From assembly GCA_036149055.1 (NCBI GenBank), contig JAYZQJ010000189.1, forward strand, positions 1 through 26,974: DNA of 26,974 nt, written 5' to 3'. The notes beneath the pieces were generated by a model that saw nothing but the letters and a program-made list of their open reading frames with translations, was not told the DNA's origin and searched no databases. The stretch is from Myxococcota bacterium (GTDB lineage: Bacteria > Myxococcota_A > Polyangia > Polyangiales > Sandaracinaceae). Positions 18,560 through 26,974 of this stretch are shown piece by piece (the first letter of the stretch is position 1; the number at the start of each line of letters is the position of its first letter). The position numbers were made by a program, and so were the translations under genes.

Positions 18560-18560
18560 C

Positions 18561-18869
18561 GTGAGCGACCGGCTCGCGCTGATCGAGCAGATGATCGCGA
18601 AGGGCTCCACCGATCCCTTCCACTTCTACGCCCGCGCGATGGAGCTGCGCTCGCTCGGGCGGCTGCCCGAGGCACTCGACGCCTACGGAGACGTGCGCGA
18701 GCGCTTCGCGGACTACGTGCCGACCTACCTGATGGCGGCGCAGGTGGCGCTGGAGCTCGATCGCGACGACGACGCGCGCGCCTGGGCCGAGCAGGGCCTC
18801 GACGCGGCGAAGCAGAAGGGCGACGCCCACGCGGCCCGCGAGCTCGACGCCTTCCTCATGGCGCTGTGA
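18561..18869 (+). CDS. Small TPR-repeat protein
   Basis: DPFHFYARAMEL...ALDAY...DYVPTYLMAAQ...GDAHAAREL. Confidence 0.8.
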   Translation: MSDRLALIEQMIAKGSTDPFHFYARAMELRSLGRLPEALDAYGDVRERFADYVPTYLMAAQVALELDRDDDARAWAEQGLDAAKQKGDAHAARELDAFLMAL

Positions 18870-18932
18870 CGATCGCGGAGCGCGCGGCCTCGCCGTCTTG
18901 ATGGGGCCGCTCGGGCCCTCCATGCTCGCGCG

Positions 18933-20606
18933 ATGACGCGGGCGTGGAGGGGGCTCTGGGTGTGCGGGCTGCTGTGGCTCGCGGGTTGCGACGGCGACGC
19001 CTCGACGGACGCCGGCGCCGACGCGGGCGCGGGGCTCGACGGCGGACGCGACGCGGGGCGGGACGTCCCGGACTCCGGGCCGGTGGAGGACGTCGCCTGG
19101 CCCGCGATCGGGTCGCTGTCCGCGCCGTCGGGGGAGGGCTCGTTCCGGTTCGGGGCCGCGTCCGCGGCGACGCAGATCGAGGACCGGAACCCGGACGTCG
19201 ACTGGTTCGTCTGGACCCAGCCGGAGCCGGAGGGGCTCGGCCGCGGGACCGACCCGATCGACGACGCGGTGCGCGGCTTCTCGCTCGCGCTCGAGGACGT
19301 CGCGCTGGTCGAGGCGACGAGCCTGGACGCCTACCGCTTCAGCGTGGAGTGGGCGCGGATCGAGCCGCAGCGCGACGTGGTCAGCGAGGAGGCGCTCGCT
19401 CACTACGACGCCGTGCTCAGCGCGCTCGAGGCGCGCGGGATCCGCCCCACGCTCACCGTGCATCACTTCTCGAACCCGGTCTGGGTCGACGACCCGCGCC
19501 GGGTCGCCGCCGAGGACGACTGCGCGGGCGGCCCGACCGACGCCTGGCTGTGCGGCTGGGGGCACCCCGAGGGCGGGCCGCTCATCGTGGAGGAGCTGGC
19601 CGAGCACGCGTGCCTGCTGGCGGAGCGCTACGGCGACCGGGTCGACGAGTGGGCGACCTTCAACGAGCCCGTCAACTACCTGTTCGCGAGCTATGGCGCG
19701 GGGCAGTTCCCGCCCGGCCGCAGCCTGCTCTTCACCGACTTCGAGGCCTTCCTCGACGTCGTGCGCAACGTGCTGCGGGCGCACGCCGCCATGTACGAGG
19801 CGATCGATCGCTGCGACACGGTGGACGCCGACGGCGACGGTGACCCGGCGAGCATCGGGCTGACCCTCTCGATCGCCGACTGGGTGGCCGCGCGCGGTGG
19901 AGCGCGGAGCGAGGTCGCGGACGACGTCGAGGCCGCGGCGCGCATGCGCTACCTCTACCACTTCCTCGTCGTCGACTCGGTCCTGAACGGCACCTTCGAC
20001 GGCGACCTCGACGGCGAGGCCGACGAGACCCACCCGGACTGGGCGGGCACCCTCGAGTGGCTCGGGGTCCAGTACTACGCGCGCCTCGGGGTGACCTCGC
20101 GGCCCGCGCTGCTCGCGCCGGTCGGACTGACGCCGTGCTTCCCGCCGCTGGGCGTCGGCACCGCGTGCGTCGACCCCGAGGACCCGACCCACTGGGTGCC
20201 GGAGATGCGCTATGAGTACTGGGCGCCCGGGCTGTTCACGATCCTGATGGAGTACGACGCGCGCTACCCGGGCCTGCCGCTGGTGGTGAGCGAGGCGGGC
20301 ATCGCGACCCACGTGGACGCGCGGCGCGCCGAGAACATCGTGCGCAACCTCGAGCAGGTGCACTTCGCCCGGCGCGCGGGCGCCGACGTGCGCGGCTTCT
20401 ACTACTGGTCGCTCACCGACAACTTCGAGTGGGCGGAGGGCTACGGGCCCGCCTTCGGGCTCTACTCGGTCGAGCGGAGCGGCGACTACCCGCGGACGCC
20501 CACCCTCGGCGCCACCGTGCTCGGCGAGATCGCCGCCTCGCGCACGCTCACCATGGCGCAGCGCATGCTGTACGGCGGCAACGGCCCGATGACGCCCGAG
20601 GAGTGA
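18933..20606 (+). CDS. Glycoside hydrolase family 1, lipoprotein
   Basis: Lipobox LAGC and a DAG linker. FGAASAATQIE, YRFSVEWARIEP, HHF, TFNEP (acid/base), VSEAG (nucleophile) and YWSLTDNFEW. Confidence 0.93.
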   Translation: MTRAWRGLWVCGLLWLAGCDGDASTDAGADAGAGLDGGRDAGRDVPDSGPVEDVAWPAIGSLSAPSGEGSFRFGAASAATQIEDRNPDVDWFVWTQPEPEGLGRGTDPIDDAVRGFSLALEDVALVEATSLDAYRFSVEWARIEPQRDVVSEEALAHYDAVLSALEARGIRPTLTVHHFSNPVWVDDPRRVAAEDDCAGGPTDAWLCGWGHPEGGPLIVEELAEHACLLAERYGDRVDEWATFNEPVNYLFASYGAGQFPPGRSLLFTDFEAFLDVVRNVLRAHAAMYEAIDRCDTVDADGDGDPASIGLTLSIADWVAARGGARSEVADDVEAAARMRYLYHFLVVDSVLNGTFDGDLDGEADETHPDWAGTLEWLGVQYYARLGVTSRPALLAPVGLTPCFPPLGVGTACVDPEDPTHWVPEMRYEYWAPGLFTILMEYDARYPGLPLVVSEAGIATHVDARRAENIVRNLEQVHFARRAGADVRGFYYWSLTDNFEWAEGYGPAFGLYSVERSGDYPRTPTLGATVLGEIAASRTLTMAQRMLYGGNGPMTPEE

Positions 20607-20609
20607 CGG

Positions 20610-21323
20610 TCACTGCCCCGCGGGGAGGGCGGTCGGCTCGCTCGGCTGGCTGACCTGACCGTACTGGTCGACGAAGGCGAACCGGACCGGGCCGCTCGCG
20701 GGCGGCGGGGACGCGCCCTCGGGGAGCGGCGCGCAGGCGCCCTCGGCCGACCAGATCACCGCGTCGCTCCGGGTCGGCACCGCGCGCACCCAGTGATCGG
20801 GGCTCGCGTCGTCGCCCCAGTAGGCGAGCACCGCGATCACACCCTGCGGGATCGGGAAGCCGAAGTGGGCGCGGATCTCGCGCCGCATCTCGCCGCCGCT
20901 CGCGCGGAGGTAGCGATCCACCCGATCGACCCGCGGCGTGGTGGGCGGCGCCGGCGCGCCCGGGCGCCCGAAGACGATCTGCGGGCTGCCGACCACGCCG
21001 GACACGTCGTAGCGCCCGTAGATGCGTCGCACGTCCGGGGTCAGCCTGTAGAGCCCTGGCGCGATGGCCTCGCGGCGGAGCGCGATCTCGCGGCGGCGGC
21101 GGGTGAGCTGGACCGGCGGGAGCTCCCGGAGCGTCCCGCCCGGGAAAAGGCCCACCACGATCGAGGCGTCCCGCGGGATCCGGCCGGCGAGCGGCGTCAT
21201 CAGCTGCGGCTGGAAGGTCGCCTCCGGGCACGGCGCGGCGGCCGGGCTCTCCTCGTCCTGCGCGAGCGCCCCCGCGGCCGCGAGGACGAAGACGAAGATC
21301 AGCGCAGAGGACAGGCGTCGCAT
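20610..21323 (-). CDS. Hypothetical secreted protein
   Basis: Sec signal MRRLSSALIFVFVLAAAGALA; extended -10 TGG-TACGGT 6 nt before ATG 21323. Confidence 0.75.
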   Translation of the reverse strand: MRRLSSALIFVFVLAAAGALAQDEESPAAAPCPEATFQPQLMTPLAGRIPRDASIVVGLFPGGTLRELPPVQLTRRRREIALRREAIAPGLYRLTPDVRRIYGRYDVSGVVGSPQIVFGRPGAPAPPTTPRVDRVDRYLRASGGEMRREIRAHFGFPIPQGVIAVLAYWGDDASPDHWVRAVPTRSDAVIWSAEGACAPLPEGASPPPASGPVRFAFVDQYGQVSQPSEPTALPAGQ

Positions 21324-21388
21324 GAGGGGACCGTACCATCCGCTCCGACGGCGTGGGCCGCGCCGCATTCATCGGGTAGCCTGAGCGA

Positions 21389-22078
21389 ATGCGCGCCTCG
21401 ATCGTCGCCCTCTCCCTCCTCTTCGTCGCCTGCGGCGGCGAGGCCGTCACCCCCGACGCCGGGCGGGGCGTCGACGCGAGCCAGCCGGACGGCGGGCGCG
21501 ACGCGGTGGACGCGGGGAGCACGCTCGACGCGGGCGCCGCGGGCGAAGACGCGGGTGCGGACGATGCCGGCGCGGAGGACGCGGGCGCGGAGGACGCCGC
21601 GGCGAGCGACGCGGGCCCCACGGATTCGGGCGCGCCCCGGGACGCCGGCCCGACCGACGCCGGGGTGGACGCGTGCGTCCCGCCGCCGTGCCCGGCGCCG
21701 CCTCGCGGGTGTCGCTACGTGGGCGCGACCCTCTGCACCTGCGGCACGCTCGTGTGCGACTGCGGCATGGGCGCGCCCTGCGCCCCGAGCGAGTACTGCG
21801 ACTACGCGGCCGACCGTGTCTGCGGCGGCAGCGGCACCTGTCAGCCCCGCCCCACCATCTGCCCGCGCATCCTGAGGCCGGTCTGCGGCTGCGACGGCGT
21901 GGACTACGACAACGAGTGCCTCGCCCAGAGCGGGGGCACCGACGTGGCGAACGACGGCCGGTGCGCCTCGACCTCCGACTGTCGCGCGAGCGGGTGCCCC
22001 TCCGGCGAGTCTTGCATGGAGTGTCGCGGCCCCGGCGGCGGGGTCTGGGTGTGCCTCCCCGCCGGAACTGCCTGCTGA
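21389..22078 (+). CDS. Cys-rich lipoprotein with Kazal-type protease-inhibitor domain
   Basis: Lipobox FVAC, many DAG/DGG/DSG linker units, and CPRILRPVCGCDGVDYDNEC. Confidence 0.85.
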   Translation: MRASIVALSLLFVACGGEAVTPDAGRGVDASQPDGGRDAVDAGSTLDAGAAGEDAGADDAGAEDAGAEDAAASDAGPTDSGAPRDAGPTDAGVDACVPPPCPAPPRGCRYVGATLCTCGTLVCDCGMGAPCAPSEYCDYAADRVCGGSGTCQPRPTICPRILRPVCGCDGVDYDNECLAQSGGTDVANDGRCASTSDCRASGCPSGESCMECRGPGGGVWVCLPAGTAC

Positions 22079-22248
22079 CGATGTGAAACGAACGGCACGG
22101 TCGGGCCCACTCACGGGCGATGGCGCGGCCCAACTCACCGTCTGCGGGCGTGGCTCGCATCGTGCGTGCGCACGCGCGCGTGACACCTCGCTCGTCTGGC
22201 ACCGGGGGCTCTCATGGCACCGCCGCGCGTCGCCGCTATTCTCCGCAC

Positions 22249-24927
22249 GTGCGACGGATCGGCTGGCTCGTCCTGGTGGTGTTCCATGGTGCGGCGGTGC
22301 TCTGCGGCTGCGGCGCGCGGACCGCGACCCTCGACGACCCGCCGGAGGAGCGGGAGCTGCCCGAGCCGCGCCCCGAGATCTGCAACGGGCTGGACGACGA
22401 CCTCGACGGCCTCCGGGTCAGCGGGGTCTTCGACGCGGGCGCGGACGCCAGCCTGATCGACGGCGGGCGGGCCGACGGCGGCCTCGACGCCGATCTCTTC
22501 GTCGACGAGGACTTCCGCGACGAGGACGGTCGCTATCTCCACCCCGATCACTGCGGCGGCTGCGACCAGCCGTGCCGCCCGTCGGGCGAGGCGCTCGCGG
22601 TCACGTGCGCGCTGGTCGAGGAGGCGCCCACCTGCGTCGCGCTCGAGTGCGCGCCGGGCTTCGCGATCTCGACCACCGGCCGCTGCATCCCGATCGACCG
22701 GCTCTGCCTGCCCTGCGCCGACGACGGCGACTGCGGCGACCTCGCGGCGGCGCGCTGCGCCCTGGTCGCGGGCGAGCGGCGGTGCACGGTCGACTGCGAG
22801 CTCGGCTGCCCCGAGGGCTACGCGTGCGACGCGGGGAGCTGCGTCCCCGAGGGGGGGAGCTGCTCTTGCGACCCGGGAGACCGCTTCACGCTCGCGTGCG
22901 CGCTGATCGATCCGGCCGGGGAGCGGTGCCCGGGCTCGGCGGTCTGCGACGACGGCGTGATCAGCGAGTGCGAGGCGCCGCCCGAGGTCTGCGACGAGGT
23001 GGACAACGACTGCGACGGGCAGGTCGACGAGGGCTACCGCGACGCGCGCGGCGCCTACATCCTCGACATCCACAACTGCGGCGAGTGCGGCGTCGACTGC
23101 ACGCTGAGCACCGCGCCGGAGGGCGACCTCGTCTGCGGCGGCGACCCGTTCGCGCCGAGCTGCGTGCTCGCCTGTCCCGACGCGGCCGACGGGATCATGC
23201 CGGGCGACCGCATCGACGCGGACCTCGACATCGCCAACGGCTGCGAGTGCACGGTCGGCGCGCTCGACGACGTGCCGGGCCCGGTCCGCACCTCGGGCGA
23301 GATGCTCGACGTGAACTGCGACGGCGCGGACGGGATCGTGGTCGAGAGCTTCTACGTCGCCCCCGACGGCGACGACGACGGCCCCGGCTCTCCGACGCGG
23401 CCGCTCCGCACGATCCAGGTCGGGCTCGACCGCGCCGCCGCGTCCATCGGGATGCCGAACGCGCGGCCCCACGTCTTCATCGCGTCCGGCACCTACGCCG
23501 AGACGCTCGAGCTGCCGGACGGGGTGTTCGTGCACGGCGGCTACCGGAGAGACTTCCTGGCGCTCGACCCCGACGGCTTCCGGACGGTGGTGCGCGCCCC
23601 GGTCGACACCACCGCGCCCGGCGGCGCGGCCCTGGTGATCCGCGGCGCGGGCGCGAGCCCGACGAGCGTGGAGTGGGTCGAGCTCCGAGGCCTCGACGCG
23701 ACCGCGGCCGGCGCGGCGACCTTCGGCGTCTACGCGCTCGACCCGGGCGGCGCGCTCTCGCTCCGCGACCTGACCGTGCGCGCTGGCGTGCCGAGCGACG
23801 GGATGCCCGGCACGCTCGGCGCCGCGGGAGCGGACTTCATGAGCCCGCCCGGCGACGGTGCGCCTCCCCGCGCGGCGGTCGAGGACGCCTCCAACGTCTG
23901 CGTCCGCGGCCCGAGGAACACCGTCATGGGCGGCGCCGGCGGGCGCAACGTCTGCGGCGGCGTGGACGTCAGCGGCGGCACCGGGGGGGCGCCCGGCTGC
24001 CCGTCGTTCACCTCGTTCCAGCCCTCGGGGCAGGCCGGCCGCTCGGCCGGGGCCACCGCCGGCGGCACCGGCGGCCGCGGAGGTCAGGACAGCCAGGGGC
24101 CCATCGACGAGCGGGGCGAGCCGCGCCGGAGCTGCTTCGAGCCGAGCCAGGTGTGTTGCGGGCTCGCCGACTTCACCGTCCCCACGGACTTCCAGGGGCC
24201 CCGCGCGGGCGAGCCCGGGCGCGCCGGCCGACCGGGCGCGGCGGGTCGAGGCTGCCGGGACGCGTTCGGCGCCTTCGACGGGGACACGTGGCGCGGCGAC
24301 GCGGCGACCGGCGGCACCGACGGCACGCCCGGCAGCGGCGGCGGGGGCGGCGGCGCGGGCGGTGGGGCGGAGATCGACTGGATCGCCCGGGACTGCGAGT
24401 TCGCCGACGGGCTCGGCGGCGGCGGCGGGGGCGGCGGCGCGGGCGGGTGTGGCGGCGAGCCGGGCATGCCGGGCACGAGCGGCGCGCCCAGCGTGGCCAT
24501 CCTGTTCCGCTTCACGCGCGCTCCGGCGCGGCTCCCCGAGGTCCGTGGCGTGATCCTCGCGCCCTCGGACGGTGGGCGAGGCGGCGACGGCGGCGCGGGG
24601 GGCGCGGGCGGCCGCGGCTCCTCGGGCGGCTTCGGGGGCGAGCTGTCCCGGACCGACCGCTCGACGCCGAGCCTCGCCGGCCCCTTCCCGGGCGGGCGCG
24701 GCGGCACCGGCGGGCGCGGCGGCGATGGCGGCGGCGGCGGTGGCGGCTGCGGCGGCGCCTCGGTGGGCATCTGGGTGCTCGGGGGCCGCGCCGACCCGCG
24801 GGTCGAGGAGTGGCGATCGAGCAACACGTTCGACCTCGGTCGACCGGGCATCGCGGGCCGCGGGGGCGGCGGCGCGGCGGCCGGCGGCGACGGAGCGGAG
24901 GGAGGCGCGCGTGACATCGTCCTTTGA
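22249..24927 (+). CDS. Large Cys-rich/Gly-rich surface lipoprotein (MopE-related repeats, DUF1565-like region, PGRS-like tail)
   Basis: GTG 22249 and lipobox-like LCGC. Motifs EICNGLDDD, EVCDEVDNDCDGQVDEG, HNCGECG and FYVAPDGDDDGPGSPTRPLRTI..GTY..GGY, then poly-Gly GGGGGAGGCGG. Confidence 0.85.
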   Translation: MRRIGWLVLVVFHGAAVLCGCGARTATLDDPPEERELPEPRPEICNGLDDDLDGLRVSGVFDAGADASLIDGGRADGGLDADLFVDEDFRDEDGRYLHPDHCGGCDQPCRPSGEALAVTCALVEEAPTCVALECAPGFAISTTGRCIPIDRLCLPCADDGDCGDLAAARCALVAGERRCTVDCELGCPEGYACDAGSCVPEGGSCSCDPGDRFTLACALIDPAGERCPGSAVCDDGVISECEAPPEVCDEVDNDCDGQVDEGYRDARGAYILDIHNCGECGVDCTLSTAPEGDLVCGGDPFAPSCVLACPDAADGIMPGDRIDADLDIANGCECTVGALDDVPGPVRTSGEMLDVNCDGADGIVVESFYVAPDGDDDGPGSPTRPLRTIQVGLDRAAASIGMPNARPHVFIASGTYAETLELPDGVFVHGGYRRDFLALDPDGFRTVVRAPVDTTAPGGAALVIRGAGASPTSVEWVELRGLDATAAGAATFGVYALDPGGALSLRDLTVRAGVPSDGMPGTLGAAGADFMSPPGDGAPPRAAVEDASNVCVRGPRNTVMGGAGGRNVCGGVDVSGGTGGAPGCPSFTSFQPSGQAGRSAGATAGGTGGRGGQDSQGPIDERGEPRRSCFEPSQVCCGLADFTVPTDFQGPRAGEPGRAGRPGAAGRGCRDAFGAFDGDTWRGDAATGGTDGTPGSGGGGGGAGGGAEIDWIARDCEFADGLGGGGGGGGAGGCGGEPGMPGTSGAPSVAILFRFTRAPARLPEVRGVILAPSDGGRGGDGGAGGAGGRGSSGGFGGELSRTDRSTPSLAGPFPGGRGGTGGRGGDGGGGGGGCGGASVGIWVLGGRADPRVEEWRSSNTFDLGRPGIAGRGGGGAAAGGDGAEGGARDIVL

Positions 24928-26974
24928 GCGGCTCGTCTTCTGCGCCGCGCTCCTGCTGGCCGGCTGCCACGAGTCGCATCTCTGCGGCTCGGAGGAGCGC
25001 TGCAACCTCTACGACGACGACTGCGACGGCCTGATCGACGAGGGCATCGTCTCGGACGACGGCGTGTACCGGACGGTCGAGCACTGCGGCACCTGCGGCG
25101 TGAGCTGCCGCGACGCGTTCCCGACCGCGGGGGAGGTCGCCTGCGAGGACGCGGCCGAGGGGCCGATCTGCGTGCTCGTCTCCTGCCCCGACGGCTTCCA
25201 CCGCGCGGGCGACGGATCGTGCGCGCCCGACGTGCCCGTGCTCTGCCTGCCCTGCACCACCGACGAGGACTGCGGGCTGCGCCTCCCGGGCAGCCGCTGC
25301 CTCGACACCGGGAGCGGACAGCGCCGGTGCGGTCAGCCGTGCGGCGACGGGATGCTCTGCCCCGAGGGCTTCGCGTGCGAGGACGCGCAGTGCGTCCCCA
25401 CGAGCGGCTGGTGCAACTGCTCCGAGGCGAGCGAGGGCGCGGAGCTCGCGTGTCTCCTCCGCGTGGCGGAGGACGGGCACGCCTGCGTCGGCGTGCAGGT
25501 GTGCGGCGCCGACGGACCGGGGGCCTGCGAGCCCGCGCTGGCCGAGGCCTGCGACACCCAGGACGACGACTGCGACGGCGAGGTCGACGAGGACTTCCGC
25601 GACGCGGAGGGGCGCTACGTCGACCGCCTCCACTGCGGCGCCTGCGCGGTGCCCTGCGTCGAGCCCGGCCCGAACATGCAGGCCGACTGCCTGCCGGACG
25701 GCCCGGGGGTGCGCTGCGAGATCGGCTGCCTCGAGGGCTTCGTGGACGTCGACGGCATCGCGGCCAACGGCTGCGAGTGCGAGCGCTTCGACGGCACCGG
25801 GCCGCCCCCGGTCATCGGCGGCGACGCGGACTGCGATGGCCTGGCCGACGACGACGAGCAGTTCGTCTACGTCACCACCAGCGGCAGCGACACCAACCCC
25901 GGCACCCTCGCGCGGCCGATGCGGACCCTGAACGGCGGGCTCGCGCGCGGACGGACGGAGGGCAAGAGCGTGCTCGTCGCGCGCGGCATCTACGAGGGCC
26001 CGCTCGACGTGGTGGGCGGCGTGTCCATCTTCGGCGGCTACAGCCCCGACTTCCGGGATCGCGACCTCGAGCTGTTCCAGGTGGTGGTCGAGCGCACCAC
26101 GCCCGGCCTGCCCGCCATCACCTGCCGCGACGTCACCACCCCCACCGCCGTCGAGGGCTTCACCGTCATCGGCGGCGACGCGACCGGCGCCGGCGAGGGC
26201 TCGACCGCCCTCTACCTGGACGGCTGCACCGACGCGGTCGCCTTCTCCAACCTGCAGATCTTCGCCGGGCGCGGCTCGCACGGTCAGAACGGCCTCGACT
26301 CGAGCGCGCGGCTCGGCGAGTGGGGGCTCTCGAGCCTCGATCAGCTCGACGGCCCCGACGGCGTCGACGGGCGGCCCGGCACCTCGTCGGGGATCTGCAC
26401 GACGACCCCCGGGGGCGCGGGCGGGCGGCACAGCTGCCGGGCGGTGAACGTCAGCGGCGGCGCAGGGGGCGCGGCCGCGTGTCCGGAGACCGGCTGCCGC
26501 AACGGGCAGCCGTGCGGCAACGCGGGTTGCACCGACTATACGTCGGGAGGCGTCTGCGACTTCGCGGCGGTGCTCCGCGACGCGGTGCCGAACCCGGCGC
26601 CGGCGCCCGGGCGCGGTCCGTCCCCGGGGGACGCGGCCGAGCTCACCTACAACGCGCCCACCAACCGCGGCGTGTGCAACTTCTGCGACGACAACCCGAG
26701 CCTCCCGCGCGACACCGCGAACGGCGGTGACGGATCCGCGGGCGGCGACGGCGGCGCGGGCGCGGGCTGCATGGCGCCGCCGACCCTCGACGTCGCCACC
26801 GGGCGGCTCGCCGGGACCGCGGGCACCGCCGGGACCGAGGGCGGGGACGGCAGCGGCGGCGGCGGCGCCTCGGCGGGCGCGGGCTACGACGTCATCGGCG
26901 GGACCGACCCCGGCTGCACCGATCGCAGCGGCGGCAGCGGCGGCGGCGGCGGGGCGGGCGGCTGCGGCGCGCCG
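24911..26974 (+). CDS. Paralogous large Cys-rich/Gly-rich surface lipoprotein (3'-truncated by window edge)
   Basis: GGAGG at 24901-24905 and GTG 24911. Translates as MTSSFERLVFCAALLLAGC.., then ERCNLYDDDCDGLIDEG, EACDTQDDDCDGEVDEDF and FVYVTTSGSDTNPGTLARPMRTL..GIY..GGY. The frame appears open to 26974; absent from the ORF track. Confidence 0.88.
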   Translation, partial: MTSSFERLVFCAALLLAGCHESHLCGSEERCNLYDDDCDGLIDEGIVSDDGVYRTVEHCGTCGVSCRDAFPTAGEVACEDAAEGPICVLVSCPDGFHRAGDGSCAPDVPVLCLPCTTDEDCGLRLPGSRCLDTGSGQRRCGQPCGDGMLCPEGFACEDAQCVPTSGWCNCSEASEGAELACLLRVAEDGHACVGVQVCGADGPGACEPALAEACDTQDDDCDGEVDEDFRDAEGRYVDRLHCGACAVPCVEPGPNMQADCLPDGPGVRCEIGCLEGFVDVDGIAANGCECERFDGTGPPPVIGGDADCDGLADDDEQFVYVTTSGSDTNPGTLARPMRTLNGGLARGRTEGKSVLVARGIYEGPLDVVGGVSIFGGYSPDFRDRDLELFQVVVERTTPGLPAITCRDVTTPTAVEGFTVIGGDATGAGEGSTALYLDGCTDAVAFSNLQIFAGRGSHGQNGLDSSARLGEWGLSSLDQLDGPDGVDGRPGTSSGICTTTPGGAGGRHSCRAVNVSGGAGGAAACPETGCRNGQPCGNAGCTDYTSGGVCDFAAVLRDAVPNPAPAPGRGPSPGDAAELTYNAPTNRGVCNFCDDNPSLPRDTANGGDGSAGGDGGAGAGCMAPPTLDVATGRLAGTAGTAGTEGGDGSGGGGASAGAGYDVIGGTDPGCTDRSGGSGGGGGAGGCGAP

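Noticed and set aside
22197..22222. TGGCACCG direct repeat as a sigma-54 promoter
   Set aside because: No TTGC-like -12 element follows either copy. A sigma-70-type -10 at 22237 explains the promoter. It could be an activator site, but this is unsupported.
23900..24927. Mycobacterial PE-PGRS protein
   Set aside because: The similarity is only compositional (poly-Gly). There is no PE domain and the protein has a lipoprotein-type signal.
12515..26730. Giant alternative ORFs such as 14163-16031(-), 18462-20363(-), 22083-24914(+), 22135-25005(-), 24512-26431(-) and 25219-26730(+)
   Set aside because: They overlap well-supported genes, are low-complexity Arg/Ala/Gly-rich, and show no motifs.
1..26974. 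tRNA, rRNA, IS/integrase, prophage or defence genes
   Set aside because: No such motifs were recognised by eye. tRNAscan, Rfam, ISEScan and DefenseFinder runs would be needed to exclude them formally.

Overview
A very GC-rich, gene-dense bacterial window. The gene set (GltJ/AgmX-type protein, MshEN-REC-TPR regulator, Cys-rich DAG-linker lipoproteins, isolated SctS/SctT pair) points to Myxococcota, possibly Polyangia/Sandaracinaceae; this is an inference. Positions 1-560 are a non-coding mosaic of palindromic ~38-bp REP-like units plus a 101-bp duplicated element. About 25 CDS follow: sulP with an nhaR-like LysR, a sigma-54 response regulator, biotin carrier, CPBP protease, flavodoxin, folE, M50 peptidase, an acidic lipoprotein/SdpA-like/HTTM cluster, ferredoxin-NADP reductase, NTF2-like lipoprotein, MshEN-REC-TPR with gltJ/agmX-like, pcp, a small-membrane-protein/sctS/sctT/hpt/TPR operon, a lipoprotein GH1, a Kazal lipoprotein, and two tandem paralogous Cys/Gly-rich lipoproteins (the second runs off the right edge and is missing from the ORF track). 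The best leads are (1) the split HTTM/SdpAB-like module coupled to a DxDxDG lipoprotein and divergent from an M50 protease, (2) the orphan T3SS export-gate pair inside a housekeeping operon, (3) a recurring -10-hexamer/6-nt/start-codon leaderless signature at about 11 genes, and (4) the structured repeat mosaic downstream of sulP. Most long ORFs in the track are antisense or off-frame shadows. All calls come from reading motifs by eye; no searches were run.
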